From an uncultured Actinomycetes bacterium (GTDB lineage Bacteria > Actinomycetota > Thermoleophilia > UBA2241): 64,000 bases of DNA. Positions 9,179 to 19,788 of the stretch are shown here, one piece after another. Where the stretch lies: positions 64,001 through 128,000 of the forward strand of contig CAVYCN010000003.1 in assembly GCA_963767005.1 (NCBI GenBank), given 5' to 3'. How positions within the stretch are numbered: position 1 is the first letter of the stretch; each line of letters opens with the position of its first letter. Position numbers and translations under genes: made by a program. Under the pieces are notes generated by a model. It was not told where the DNA came from. It did no database searches and was given only the letters and a program-made list of their open reading frames with translations.

Positions 9179-9796
9179 TCAGAAGCGTCGCGCTGGTGTG
9201 TCGAAGATAAGCAGGACCGTGCGTTCACCGGAGGTGTTGGTCCAGCGGTGAGGTTCCCGCGGTTGATAGACATGGAGGTCACCGGCGCGCAGTTCCACCG
9301 TGCGTTCACCGTGATCGAACTCAATCTGCAACGCACCACGAATCACATAGACGAACGCGTAGTCGGCATCGACCGACCAGAAGCGGCGGTCTGGAGCTTG
9401 GCCTGGTTCCAGATGTTCCTCGAACACTTCGAAGCGCGACTCGTCCTTTGTGAGCAGGTAGTCAGTGACACCTTCGGCCTCGAAAGCAGGCGTGCGCGAG
9501 CTCAGGTCAGGGCCATCCAGGTCGGACTCAAACAACGACGCCACGGTCGTCTCGAGTGCCTTCGTCCATTGCAGCAGAGACGCCAACGAGGCCGACGACA
9601 GTCCGCGCTCCACCCTGCTTAGGAAGCCGCGACTGAGCCCGGTAGCCGCTCCGATGTCTGCCAGTGACATGCCGCGCTGAAGGCGAGCTTCTCTCAGACG
9701 ACTGCCGACCGATTCACCCTGATCGCCGCCACTCGGCCCAAGCTGACCGCCATCGCCGCTTGACCGCTCGTTTGGCATGTCCCCCTCGTTTACCAT
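9179..9796 (-). CDS. XRE-family HTH regulator with cupin domain (PuuR-like)
   Basis: LREARLQRGMSLADIGAATGLSRGFLSRVERG plus C-terminal cupin (PHRWTN). Confidence 0.9.
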   Translation of the reverse strand: MVNEGDMPNERSSGDGGQLGPSGGDQGESVGSRLREARLQRGMSLADIGAATGLSRGFLSRVERGLSSASLASLLQWTKALETTVASLFESDLDGPDLSSRTPAFEAEGVTDYLLTKDESRFEVFEEHLEPGQAPDRRFWSVDADYAFVYVIRGALQIEFDHGERTVELRAGDLHVYQPREPHRWTNTSGERTVLLIFDTPARRF

Positions 9797-9802
9797 CGGC
9801 AG

Positions 9803-10969
9803 CTAGACTTCCGAAGTGTCTTCTTTAACTGACAAGAGGATAGCCATGAAGTCGTCTTCGGTCATCGACCTTGGATTAACCTCACATGCCAAGTTGACCA
9901 TCGCTGCCTTTGAGAGATGGCTAAGGTCTTGTTCTTGCAGGCTGACTTGATGAAGTGGCACTCCGATATCCGCGATCAGTTCGCGGATCAGAGTTCCCAC
10001 GCGACGCGCCGCCTCGATGTCCGAGATCGCCCCACGCCGGAGGCCGAGAGCCTCGGCGATGCGTGCGTACTTGGCCGGAGCCGCGATCCAGTTGAAGTCA
10101 GTCACCGCAGCCAGGAAGAAGGCGTTGGCCACACCATGGGGTGTGTCATAGGTCCCCCCGAGAGCCTCGGATAGACAGTGCACGGCAGCCGTGCTGGAGA
10201 TTCCCACGGATATGCCGGCAAGACAGCTCGCGAGCATCATGCCCTCTCGGGCACGCCGGTTGTGGCCGTTTGCGCAAGCCTCACGCAGGTTCGCGGCCAC
10301 AAGCTCAATCGCAGTTATCGAGCAGGCGTCGGTGAGCGGCTGTGCGATCGTCGCGGTGTAGCTTTCGATTGCATGTGTCAGCGCATCGATGCCGGTCGAA
10401 GCCGTAAGCCAGGGTGGCAGATCGACGGTCAACTCCGGATCCACCAAGGCGACGGTCGGGGCGATCAGCGGGCTTCCGACGGAGAACTTGAAGCGTCTCT
10501 CGGTGTCACTTATCACGGCCCAGTAGGTGACTTCAGCACCGCTGCCGGCCGTGGTGGGGACCGCAAGGACCGGCCACGATTGTCGCGCGACGCGGTCCCA
10601 GCCTTCGTAGTCGGCCACGCGGCCGCCGTTTGCCAACACGAGTGCGCTCGCCTTCGCGGCGTCCATCGAGCTGCCTCCGCCGATGCCGACTAGGCAATCA
10701 CATTCGGCAGACCTCGCCGTTTCGACCGCCGCATCAACCTGCGCGGCGCGCGGGTTCGGGCTCAACTCCGAAAAGACCGTCGAGGCTACACCGGCTTCGC
10801 CCAAACAGCTCAGCACGCCGTCCACAAGCCCAGCGGAACGGATGCCAGGATCGCACACCACAAGGGCGTGTCGTCCGCCAAGGGCCCTTAACTGCTCGCC
10901 GGCCGTCTCGGACACGCCGTGGCCGAATTCGATCCTCGTGGGCAACTGGAATGTGAAACTCATGCTCAT
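9803..10969 (-). CDS. Iron-containing alcohol dehydrogenase
   Basis: GGGSSMDAAK, PTTAGSGAEVT, GIDALTHAIES, H...PHG motifs. Confidence 0.95.
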   Translation of the reverse strand: MSMSFTFQLPTRIEFGHGVSETAGEQLRALGGRHALVVCDPGIRSAGLVDGVLSCLGEAGVASTVFSELSPNPRAAQVDAAVETARSAECDCLVGIGGGSSMDAAKASALVLANGGRVADYEGWDRVARQSWPVLAVPTTAGSGAEVTYWAVISDTERRFKFSVGSPLIAPTVALVDPELTVDLPPWLTASTGIDALTHAIESYTATIAQPLTDACSITAIELVAANLREACANGHNRRAREGMMLASCLAGISVGISSTAAVHCLSEALGGTYDTPHGVANAFFLAAVTDFNWIAAPAKYARIAEALGLRRGAISDIEAARRVGTLIRELIADIGVPLHQVSLQEQDLSHLSKAAMVNLACEVNPRSMTEDDFMAILLSVKEDTSEV

Positions 10970-11101
10970 CTCGTATCACCTAGTCGGTTGTCAGCGTCTG
11001 AGTCGCGCCAACCGAGCGCGCTCCTCGAAGACCTGCGGCTTCAGTTCAGCCTCGCTCGTACTGCAGCGTCGAGACGGGAGACGCGGCCGTGCCTTGAGTC
11101 G

Positions 11102-12061
11102 CTAGCCAGAGACCAGCTGATAGCTCTTGACCTCCCCCTGCTCCAGAGCCACCACTACCCCATCCAGCACGCCATCCTGATAGCTGGATCCGGGGTTGAT
11201 GCAGACTGTCCTTCCCAACTTGCTCACGGCGCGCGACTCGTGGATGTGGCTGTGAAGCCCGAGGATCGGCTGACGGGCCTCAATTAATGAACGCACCGCG
11301 CGGCTTCCTACCGGCGCCTGCTGCGGCTGGCCACCGACCTTCTTGACTATGACCATCCCCTCCGCATCGACCCCGGCCACCTCCGGCCCGGTATCGAGGC
11401 CACTGTCAAACGGCGGAATATGCAAGTTGAACACGCTCGGTAGTTCGTCGTCGAGGCTCTCAGCGAGGCGCTCCAGCTTCTCCTGAAGCTGGTCTTCGGG
11501 CAGCTCACGAGGCGTGTTCCACGGTGACGGGTTGCCCCACGCACACGAGAGGAGCTGGTATTCCCCCATGCGCACCACTGTGCTCTCGACGTTGATCAGA
11601 TGTTCGCTGCGGAACGCATCATCGACGGCCTGCTCATCATCGTTACCTGCCATGCCGTAGACCACGACTTTGGTTCCGCTCAGCTTCTCATCGGCGATCG
11701 CCGCCCATCTGGCAGCCGTCTCGACCATGACGCCGTTCATGACCTCTTTGCGATAATCGACGTCACTATCTATCCTTGCTAGCTCATCACTTGAACAGCG
11801 GTACGGGTAGTAGCCGTTGAAGCGCAAGCGTTTCTCTAGGTCATCGAGCTGAGATCGATTCTTCGCAACTTCGATCTTACCGAATAACGATGCCAGATAA
11901 CGCCCAGGTTTATCCTCGAGAACTGGCACGAGAATCTTCCCGGTTATGTCACCACCTAGAATGAGAGCATCTACGTTGTAGAAAGACGCCGAGTTGAGGA
12001 ACTTCCGCCAGACACGCTCTGACCCATGCATGTCGGCAGCATAGAAGATCTGCACAGTCAA
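11102..12061 (-). CDS. Calcineurin-like metallophosphoesterase (Icc-related)
   Basis: DMHGS, GGDITGK, GNDD, HIPP, HSHIHES, NPGS. Confidence 0.88.
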   Translation of the reverse strand: MTVQIFYAADMHGSERVWRKFLNSASFYNVDALILGGDITGKILVPVLEDKPGRYLASLFGKIEVAKNRSQLDDLEKRLRFNGYYPYRCSSDELARIDSDVDYRKEVMNGVMVETAARWAAIADEKLSGTKVVVYGMAGNDDEQAVDDAFRSEHLINVESTVVRMGEYQLLSCAWGNPSPWNTPRELPEDQLQEKLERLAESLDDELPSVFNLHIPPFDSGLDTGPEVAGVDAEGMVIVKKVGGQPQQAPVGSRAVRSLIEARQPILGLHSHIHESRAVSKLGRTVCINPGSSYQDGVLDGVVVALEQGEVKSYQLVSG

Positions 12062-12145
12062 CCTCCGACAGTTACGGTTGTCGCATCAGTTCAAGACCAG
12101 TACTGTCAGATGCCATCTGATGCCGTACTGTATCGATTCCCACAC

Positions 12146-13777
12146 TCATTCTGGCGGAATTTCACGATAGTTGCGGCGCAAGTCTATCCCCTGCCTGTTG
12201 CGGACCGCAGATGACACGAAATAGACGCAGATGCCTGCCGCGTAGATTGCAAAGAAGGCAATGAACTGCGGGAAGTTGTGCCGAGGCGTGACGCCCATGT
12301 TGGCGTCCATGAGTGGCCGCCAGATCCACGTCACGGCCATGGGAATGGCGAGGATCGCAAGGACCGTGAGGTCCGGGACGCCAAACCAGGTGCGTGTGCC
12401 GGGTGACGACTTCCACACGTCCTTCTGCAGGTAGGGCAGCAGGCAGGCAGCAATCATGGCGGTGACCATGGGGATCATGAAGCCCCAGTTCGCCGAGATT
12501 GCCGTGAGATGTCCGTACGTAACGAGATAGCCGTACACAATCGAGGCGGCAGCGACGAGCCACGTCGCCACCCAGGGCTGATGAGAGCGAGCCGACACCT
12601 TCGAAACGGCGTCAGGCAGGACTCTGTCGATCGACCAAGCAAAGACGCAGCGCGAGGCCATGACCATGATCGCGCCGACCATGATCAGCGGATAGGTCAT
12701 GAAGCCAAGCATGAGCGGAATAGTCACCCAGCCGTGACCGATTGAACCACAGACGAGTGCGGCATAGCTTGGTGCGGCGGCAAGCCCGAAGGTTGAACTC
12801 GACATCGTGTTGCTGAGGTTCGCAAAGAACGGCGTCCCGAACAGTGAGCACATCCCGCCTATGACCAGCAGGGCCATCGCTGTCATGAACACGAGGGCGC
12901 CCACGCCCCCCATCATCTGATTGCGACCTGGGCTCTTCACCTCACCGCCGATGTACGCGCCGTAGAACGCCACAGCCAAGAAGACCAGTGGCCAGACGGT
13001 CGAGAAGTATGTCTGCGAGAAGGAGAAGTGCGGAGAACTCCCGGCAACGAGTTTCGAAGCACTGCCGAACTTCAACTGTGCGAAGAGCGGGTTGAGATGG
13101 GAGAGCGCTCCTGAGCGAGACGCTAGGAACGCGTAGAGAGCCATGACGATGAGCGAGGCAGCTCCTGCAATGACAAACACGGTCTGAGCCCTGTAGTAGA
13201 CCTTCGTCCCGAACGTCGTCATGACGAGCGCGAACACGACAATGAGCACAACGCAGGTGAGAAACGTCGCGTTGCGACCGCCAAACCATGTGCCGGCGCT
13301 GATCATCGAATGGCTGTTTAGTTGCACGCCGGCAATCTGCAGCATCGGTGAGAGACCGTAGCCGATGACATAGGCGCCGCCGACTCCGACGTAGAAGCAC
13401 GATCCCAGGACGAAGCAGAGGTTAGCGGCAAACCCTAATGCCGGGTGCAGGACCCGGGAGGCGTAGACGTACTCGCCGCCCGATCGGGGATAGATCGTCG
13501 ACAGCTTGATGTAGGCCAAGAGCACGGGAGCCATCATCAGGGACGCGAGCAGGATACTCAGGTACATGTTCGCCCCGACGTACAGCCAAGGGACGTAGAG
13601 CAGAATCCAGGCAAGGCCGAGGCCCATGACACCGTTGCTGGAGCTGATTCCAAAGGCGTCCCAGGCAGACACACTCCGGATCAACCCGCTCGCATTGCGC
13701 TTGTACTGTTTGGGTAGTGCCGATGGCTCAGTCGAGGGCGTTTGTGTCACGTGAGTTGGGTCAATCGTGGTTCCCAT
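12146..13777 (-). CDS. APC family amino acid/amine permease
   Basis: RNASGLIR, YPRSGGEYVYASR, GGEVKSP, multiple TM helices; start chosen at ATG with GGAGGGG RBS. Confidence 0.9.
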   Translation of the reverse strand: MGTTIDPTHVTQTPSTEPSALPKQYKRNASGLIRSVSAWDAFGISSSNGVMGLGLAWILLYVPWLYVGANMYLSILLASLMMAPVLLAYIKLSTIYPRSGGEYVYASRVLHPALGFAANLCFVLGSCFYVGVGGAYVIGYGLSPMLQIAGVQLNSHSMISAGTWFGGRNATFLTCVVLIVVFALVMTTFGTKVYYRAQTVFVIAGAASLIVMALYAFLASRSGALSHLNPLFAQLKFGSASKLVAGSSPHFSFSQTYFSTVWPLVFLAVAFYGAYIGGEVKSPGRNQMMGGVGALVFMTAMALLVIGGMCSLFGTPFFANLSNTMSSSTFGLAAAPSYAALVCGSIGHGWVTIPLMLGFMTYPLIMVGAIMVMASRCVFAWSIDRVLPDAVSKVSARSHQPWVATWLVAAASIVYGYLVTYGHLTAISANWGFMIPMVTAMIAACLLPYLQKDVWKSSPGTRTWFGVPDLTVLAILAIPMAVTWIWRPLMDANMGVTPRHNFPQFIAFFAIYAAGICVYFVSSAVRNRQGIDLRRNYREIPPE

Positions 13778-14296
13778 GCTCCCCTCCGGCTCAAGTGGGA
13801 CTACTTCTCGCCTGACGACGCCCCCACGACCGTCAGGCTTCAGTGAAACCGACGCGCCCCACAACTGCGTGGAGCGCCACGCTATCGTCTAAGTCGCTGG
13901 CGACATCATCCGCAATTGCTGGCCTCGCTCCGTCGCTCGTGGGTACCCCCGCTTTCTTCGGGCGCCACGACCGCCTCCCGCCGAAGTGGCCAAGTAGCCC
14001 TTTCGCTCATCGGTTGCGGCCCCCAAGTGGTCCGATAGGACTCACGAGCCGCACCCTAGCAGGTGTTGTCTATTTGTCAACAAGCGACGATGCTCTTCGC
14101 TGTCAGGCAAAGTACGACCTGAGTTTCCAAGCTAGGAAGAGGGCCGATGACCACCGGCAAATGACATAGAGTCAACACGCTGTTGCTTGTAACGAAACAC
14201 TGTCGTAGGGTAGTCGCGATATGCAGGCGCAGCGTCCCGCGCTAGCGCGCAGCGGTCGCTAGTTCGGCCTGACCAGTAGGAGAGGAGCCCCCTACC

Positions 14297-15232
14297 ATGC
14301 AGCACCACTTCCAGGGCAGAGACTTCCTGAAGCTCGCCGACTTCACCCCCGACGAGGTGCGCTTCATCGTCGACACGGCGATCGAGCTCAAGCGCAAGCG
14401 CCTGATCGGCGAGCTCTTCGAGCCGCTGCGCGGCAAGACCGTCGCCCTGATCTTCGAGAAGGCATCGACGCGCACCCGCCTGAGCTTTCAGGCGGGCATC
14501 GCCCAGCTCGGCGGCCAGACCTTCTACATGAGCCCCGACCAGATGCAGACCAGCCGCGGCGAGCCGATCTCAGACACGGCGCGCATCATCGACCGCTACT
14601 GCGAGGGCCTCTTCATCCGCACCTTCGGCCAGGAGGTCGTCGAGGAGTTCGCCCGCTACATGCTCAACCCGGTGATCAACGCGCTGACCAACGAGACCCA
14701 CCCCTGCCAAGGCCTCTGCGACCTGATGACGATCAAAGAGAAGAAGGGCCACTACAAGGGCCTCAAGGTCGCCTACCTGGGCGACATCTGGAACGTCTGC
14801 CACTCGCTCATGATGGGCTCCGCCATGCTCGGCATGGACTTCTACGCCGCCCAGCCCAACGAGAGCTATCAGCCCAACGCCGAGCAGCTCGCGATCGCCC
14901 AGAAGTGGGCCGCCCTCTCGGGGTCGAAGATCGTCTATACGCCCGACCTCGAAGAGGTCGCCGGCCAGGCCGACGTGATCTACGGCAACACCTGGCACTC
15001 GATGGCCACCGAGAACCGCGAGCAGCGCCTCAAGGACTTCGCCCCCTACCAGGTCAACATGCGCGTGATCGAGATGGCCAAGCCTGACGTGATCTACATG
15101 CACTGCCTGCCGGGCTACCGCGGCGAGGACATGGTCGACGAGGTCATCGAGAGCCCCTACTGCGCCTTCTGGGACCAGGGTGAGAACCGCATGCACACCG
15201 AGAAGGCCGTCGCCGCGCTCTTTCTCGGCTGA
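14297..15232 (+). CDS. Ornithine carbamoyltransferase-family transcarbamylase (atypical substrate loop)
   Basis: FEKASTRTR, HPCQ, HCLP, QGENRMH; the usual DxxxSMG loop reads GNTWHSMA. Confidence 0.9.
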   Translation: MQHHFQGRDFLKLADFTPDEVRFIVDTAIELKRKRLIGELFEPLRGKTVALIFEKASTRTRLSFQAGIAQLGGQTFYMSPDQMQTSRGEPISDTARIIDRYCEGLFIRTFGQEVVEEFARYMLNPVINALTNETHPCQGLCDLMTIKEKKGHYKGLKVAYLGDIWNVCHSLMMGSAMLGMDFYAAQPNESYQPNAEQLAIAQKWAALSGSKIVYTPDLEEVAGQADVIYGNTWHSMATENREQRLKDFAPYQVNMRVIEMAKPDVIYMHCLPGYRGEDMVDEVIESPYCAFWDQGENRMHTEKAVAALFLG

Positions 15233-15328
15233 AGGAGCACGGCCCTTCGAATGATTCAGGGTCACCGCAGGGTCAACACGACGTCAATCACTGAAGCGCG
15301 GTCTGCTGCAAAGACGAGGAGGACAACA

Positions 15329-16252
15329 TTGGACACTCTCACAGAGTCTGCTGCATCAACACCCGTCAGCGAGCGATTCCCGGACGGATGGGGAGCATTC
15401 AGCAAGATCGGCTTGCTGCGGGACGTACTTCTCGGGGATCCAAGCTACTTCAGCTGGCACCCGACGAGCGCGATCTCACGGGCAACCCTGACCAACCTCG
15501 CAACCCGAGGCGTGGTCTACGACTCCGAGCTTGCCAAGCGACAGCACGAAGCCATGGTTCAGGTCTACCGGGAAGCCGGCGTGCGAGTTCACTTTGCCCG
15601 AGGCGACAAGGATGCTCCCTACTCGGTCTTCACCCGTGACTCAAGCGTGATGACCCCCTGGGGCCCTGTGATCATGAGCCTGCAGCCTGCGGTGCGTCGT
15701 CGCGACCACAGCACCGCGGTCGACTTCTACCACGCCGCTGGCATCCCGATCTGGAAGTGGATCACGGCTGGGCACATGGAGGGCGGCGACGTCGTCATCA
15801 TCGAGCCAGGTGTCGTGATGATCGGCTACTGCGAAGAGCGTTCACAGCAGTCTGGCGCAGAGCAGTTGGCTGGCTGGTTCAGAGAAGAGGGCTGGGAAGC
15901 TCTTGTGGTGGCCAACCCCGCCCACTTCGTTCACATGGACGCGCTCGTTCTGCCGGCCGCTCCCAAGACCGTCGTTCTCTGTCGCGATGCCCTTGAGGAC
16001 TACGTCACGGACTTCTTGAAAGCCCATGGCTATGACTTCATCGATGTGCCCTACAAGGACTGCGTTCGACTGGGTTGCAACGTCATGCCTTTGGGAAACG
16101 AGCGGATTCTCTCGCTCGAAAGCAACGACACCCTGAACAAGAAGCTGGGCGCTCTGGGTCTGAGTGTGTCTGCGGTCGACATGTCGATGTACGCCCTGGG
16201 TGGCGGCGGCGTGCATTGCCTCTCGATGGAGATCCGCCGAGAGGCAGAGTGA
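15329..16252 (+). CDS. Guanidino-group hydrolase, arginine deiminase/amidinotransferase/DDAH superfamily
   Basis: SVFTRDS, HMEGGD, HMD, GCN, GGGGVHCLS (catalytic Cys/His/Asp pentein motifs); TTG start after GAGGAGG. Confidence 0.88.
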   Translation: MDTLTESAASTPVSERFPDGWGAFSKIGLLRDVLLGDPSYFSWHPTSAISRATLTNLATRGVVYDSELAKRQHEAMVQVYREAGVRVHFARGDKDAPYSVFTRDSSVMTPWGPVIMSLQPAVRRRDHSTAVDFYHAAGIPIWKWITAGHMEGGDVVIIEPGVVMIGYCEERSQQSGAEQLAGWFREEGWEALVVANPAHFVHMDALVLPAAPKTVVLCRDALEDYVTDFLKAHGYDFIDVPYKDCVRLGCNVMPLGNERILSLESNDTLNKKLGALGLSVSAVDMSMYALGGGGVHCLSMEIRREAE

Positions 16253-16346
16253 GACCGGCTGACGATCTGCCTCTCAGATTCGGTACTGCGCCAACCGTTC
16301 GCCAGCAACTGTCGGAAAGCCAAAGTGGAAAGGGGGGAATCGAACC

Positions 16347-17765
16347 GTGAGCACCTCAGCATCCACCGTCCGGAAGACCCTGCCCGAGCGGCCGGGCGTC
16401 TTTGTGGCCTACGAGCGCGCCATGAAGGGGCCCAAGGTCGACGAGAAGGACTGGGACTATCACGTCATTCCCGAGACCGCTAAGCGCCTCAAGGAAAAGT
16501 ACGGGATCGCGATGGACAAACACGTCATGATCCCGACCGACCCCGACCTCATGAAGCGCCTCTATCAGGCCGGCCTTGAGATGCTGGTCGAGTGCGGCAT
16601 CTACTGCATCGACACGGGCCGCGTCATCAAGTGGAGCGAAGAGGAAGTGCTCTGGGGCGTCGCCCACGCTCCCAGGGCGGCAGTCATCGGCGAGGGCCTG
16701 CACGGCCGGCCGCTCGTGCCACGCCACGCAAACGACCCGCGACCGCCGCTCGTGCAGGGCGGTCCCACCGGCGCGCCCTGCAGCGAGAAGCACTTCTTCG
16801 GCATCCACTACTCCTACGCCAAGGAGGGCATCGTCGACTGCATTGTCGACGGCGTGCTGGAGACGATCGACGGCTACAACCCCGCGCCGGACAGCCCCTG
16901 GGAGGTGATGGCCGGCAAGCAGGAGGTGCTCTACGTGCGCCAGGCTCAGGCTCGAGCCAACCGCTCGGGCATGGGGTTATAGGGCCCCGAGACGCCGCTC
17001 GCCCCAGCCTCCGTCATTGCGGCGGACTTCCCCGGTGGCATGCGGGCGTCGGACAACCACGAGGTGTCGCAGCTCAATGAGCTGAAGTGCGACGCAGGGG
17101 CGTTGACCTTCACGGCTCATTACAACCAAGCGGCAGACATCATCATGGTTGAGCAGATGCCGATCTATGGCGGCTTCGCCGGTGGCCTCGAGGAGAGCAC
17201 CATCGTCGACTGCGCCACCCATCTGAACTCGTTCGTCATGTACGGCGGCACCTGGCACTTGGACGGCCCGGTCCACATGCGCTGGGGCATCACGACGACA
17301 AGAGAGGCTCTGGCCATCGCGGGCCACGCCAACCGCGCCATCGAGGAGGCCCATCCCCACTTGCTGACCGGCAACCAGTACTACACCCTGGCCGGCCCCT
17401 GCACCGTGATGTGTCTTCTGGAGACCGCCGCGCAAGCGATCACCGATACCGGCAGCGGCCGCGAGATCATGTCCGGAGTGGCAGCCGCCAAGGGCGTCAT
17501 TATCAACAAGACGACCGGCATGGAGGCACGCTTCATGGGCGAGTGCGCCCACGCCGTGGCCGGCCTGCCGATCGAGCAGGTCAACGAGATCCTCGACGCC
17601 CTGGTCGCCCGCTACGAGGGCAACTACAAGGCGGCCCCCGAAGGCAAGCCCTACGAGGACTGCTACGACACCGTCAAGGTGGTGCCCACCGACGAGTACC
17701 TCGGCGTCTACGACGCAGCCGTCACGGAGCTCGAGGGTCTCGGCGTCCACTACAAGCTCTGGTGA
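16347..17765 (+). CDS. mtmB: Monomethylamine:corrinoid methyltransferase with in-frame UAG (pyrrolysine, residue 212)
   Basis: ORFs 16347-16982 and 17040-17765 are in the same frame, joined by one TAG at 16980-16982 in the context RSGMGL-TAG-GPETPLA...DNHEVSQLNELK, matching the MtmB Pyl site (RPGMGV-O-GPETSLS...DSHEVSQLNELK); read-through gives 472 aa. Confidence 0.93.
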
Positions 17766-17846
17766 CGAGGGCAGGTGAGTCGACCATGGATGGCCTTGGG
17801 GCTCTACCTGTCGGACCCTGGGAGCCGTGAGGAGGACGAGCGAGCG

Positions 17847-18497
<651 letters not shown>

Positions 18498-18591
18498 GAC
18501 GACCGAAGCCCTCTAATCGGCTGGTTGCTCCACTACCACCACGATCGTCGTTCGGTCGTGCCCCCAGGGTGGTGTGTCAACCAGCGCCGGC

Positions 18592-18626
18592 GCCGCAGGC
18601 CCCCTGGCCTCCCAGGGGCCTGCGGC
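18592..18626 (+). terminator. GC-rich hairpin after the mtmBC operon
   Basis: GCCGCAGGCCCC...GGGGCCTGCGGC inverted repeat. Confidence 0.5.
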
Positions 18627-18793
18627 TCCCCGGCCCTTCACGCTGAGATGGCGATCGCAGCCGTCATCGGCAGACAACGGACGCCACTTCGAAGATCCAG
18701 CACGACGACCCTGCGTGGCCTTGTGCAGTCAATGAATGCGTGCGCTCTCGACCTACCGCCGGGAATCAGCTGCCCGCGTTCTCTCCGCACCGG

Positions 18794-18810
18794 TGCTTAA
18801 GAACTTCGAA
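18794..18810. repeat. Dispersed repeat copy 1 (TGCTTAAGAACTTCGA)
   Basis: Same 16-mer at 48977-48992 and 51033-51048. Confidence 0.8.
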
Positions 18811-18817
18811 TTATGTC

Positions 18818-18919
18818 CTTGAGAAGGTCGGCCGGGCCGCGTCGCGCGACGAGACGCGGCCGATCCTCACGGGCGTGCTCGTCACGATCGGCGCCGGCAA
18901 GCTCAAGATGGTCGCCACC
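18818..18919 (+). pseudogene. dnaN: Internal fragment of DNA polymerase III beta clamp
   Basis: LEKVGRAASRDETRPILTGVLVTIGAGKLKMVAT matches the conserved DnaN A..DETRP.LTGV...L.MVATD segment. Confidence 0.75.
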
Positions 18920-19296
18920 GGCGCGTGAACAGCGCAACGTGCTGGCCGTTGTCCTAAGACGCCGACGCGGAGCCGACGCGACCAGACCGCGGCAGATTGG
19001 CCCTTCTTGCGGAGTCAGCTAGCGGACGTCTCGGGTCGCCCCCGCGAGAGGGAAGCAATGCGTCAGAGGTCTTCAGCCAACTTCGTAGTAGTCGCAAAAG
19101 TCGGCCTCACCTATTTCGCCTACCGGCGCGTACTTGGCCCAGAGATCGCCGCAGTCGCGACCTCCACTTCCGGTGGCGAGCAAGCGACTAGCCCTCACTG
19201 GGGCCATCATCGCCAAATCCGACGCGGTGCTTGATGTCGTAGTTGGAGTCTCCTGGCTCACGCGACTGAGACGCGGTGCGGCGCCTGCCTGATCGA

Positions 19297-19788
19297 CTAT
19301 GCGACCACCACATCCATGTACTCGACCAGACGCCGAGAGTGATCGAAGTAGCCAATCACGTCACCAATGCTAGCCGTCGGATTCCCCCCGTGCGCGAAGT
19401 CGTTCCGCGCGTCAACCAGCGACTGAAGAGAGGCCAATAGCTGGATCTTGTCTTGGTCGCCGTCAACCGTTCTCTTGAACAAGAGATGCCAATCTTCGTC
19501 GAAGTCCTTCAGATGACTGCACATGTTGGTGTAGGAAGGATTGGAGGACGACTCCCGGACCCGCACGCGAAGAAACCGCTTGACCTGCTTCTTGCTGCGA
19601 TGGGAGCAGTAGTCTGCAATCAGCGCCTTGAAGGCCTGCTCAAGAGACCCGCACGCCCTGACAATCGCGTACTTCGTCAGGTACGGCACGACTGCGCTGG
19701 CTGGACCTAGTGACTTGATGAGTATCGCGAGATCGTCGAGCTCCCTGGCGCAGTCATCCAGCCCTTGCTCGACAACCTTGTTGTTCAT
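19297..19788 (-). CDS. HEPN domain protein (RiboL-PSP/MAE_28990-like)
   Basis: LVDARNDFAHG (RxxxxH) motif; translationally coupled to the DUF262 gene. Confidence 0.78.
   Translation of the reverse strand: MNNKVVEQGLDDCARELDDLAILIKSLGPASAVVPYLTKYAIVRACGSLEQAFKALIADYCSHRSKKQVKRFLRVRVRESSSNPSYTNMCSHLKDFDEDWHLLFKRTVDGDQDKIQLLASLQSLVDARNDFAHGGNPTASIGDVIGYFDHSRRLVEYMDVVVA

Noticed and set aside
9179-10969. UAG read-through fusing the Fe-ADH to the in-frame XRE regulator
   Set aside because: The ADH is complete at the TAG and an in-frame neighbour occurs one time in three by chance.
16983-17060. PYLIS-like stem-loop after the UAG
   Set aside because: Only short GC-rich pairings are visible; they cannot be distinguished from chance without folding and covariation analysis.
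16347-17765. mtmB as a nonsense pseudogene or two separate genes
   Set aside because: The single TAG falls exactly on the conserved Pyl motif and both halves are otherwise intact and in frame.
18500-18530. Possible tRNA-Pyl (CTCTAAT loop in a small hairpin after mtmC)
   Set aside because: No acceptor stem or T arm could be built; no pylT or pylSBCD recognised in the window.
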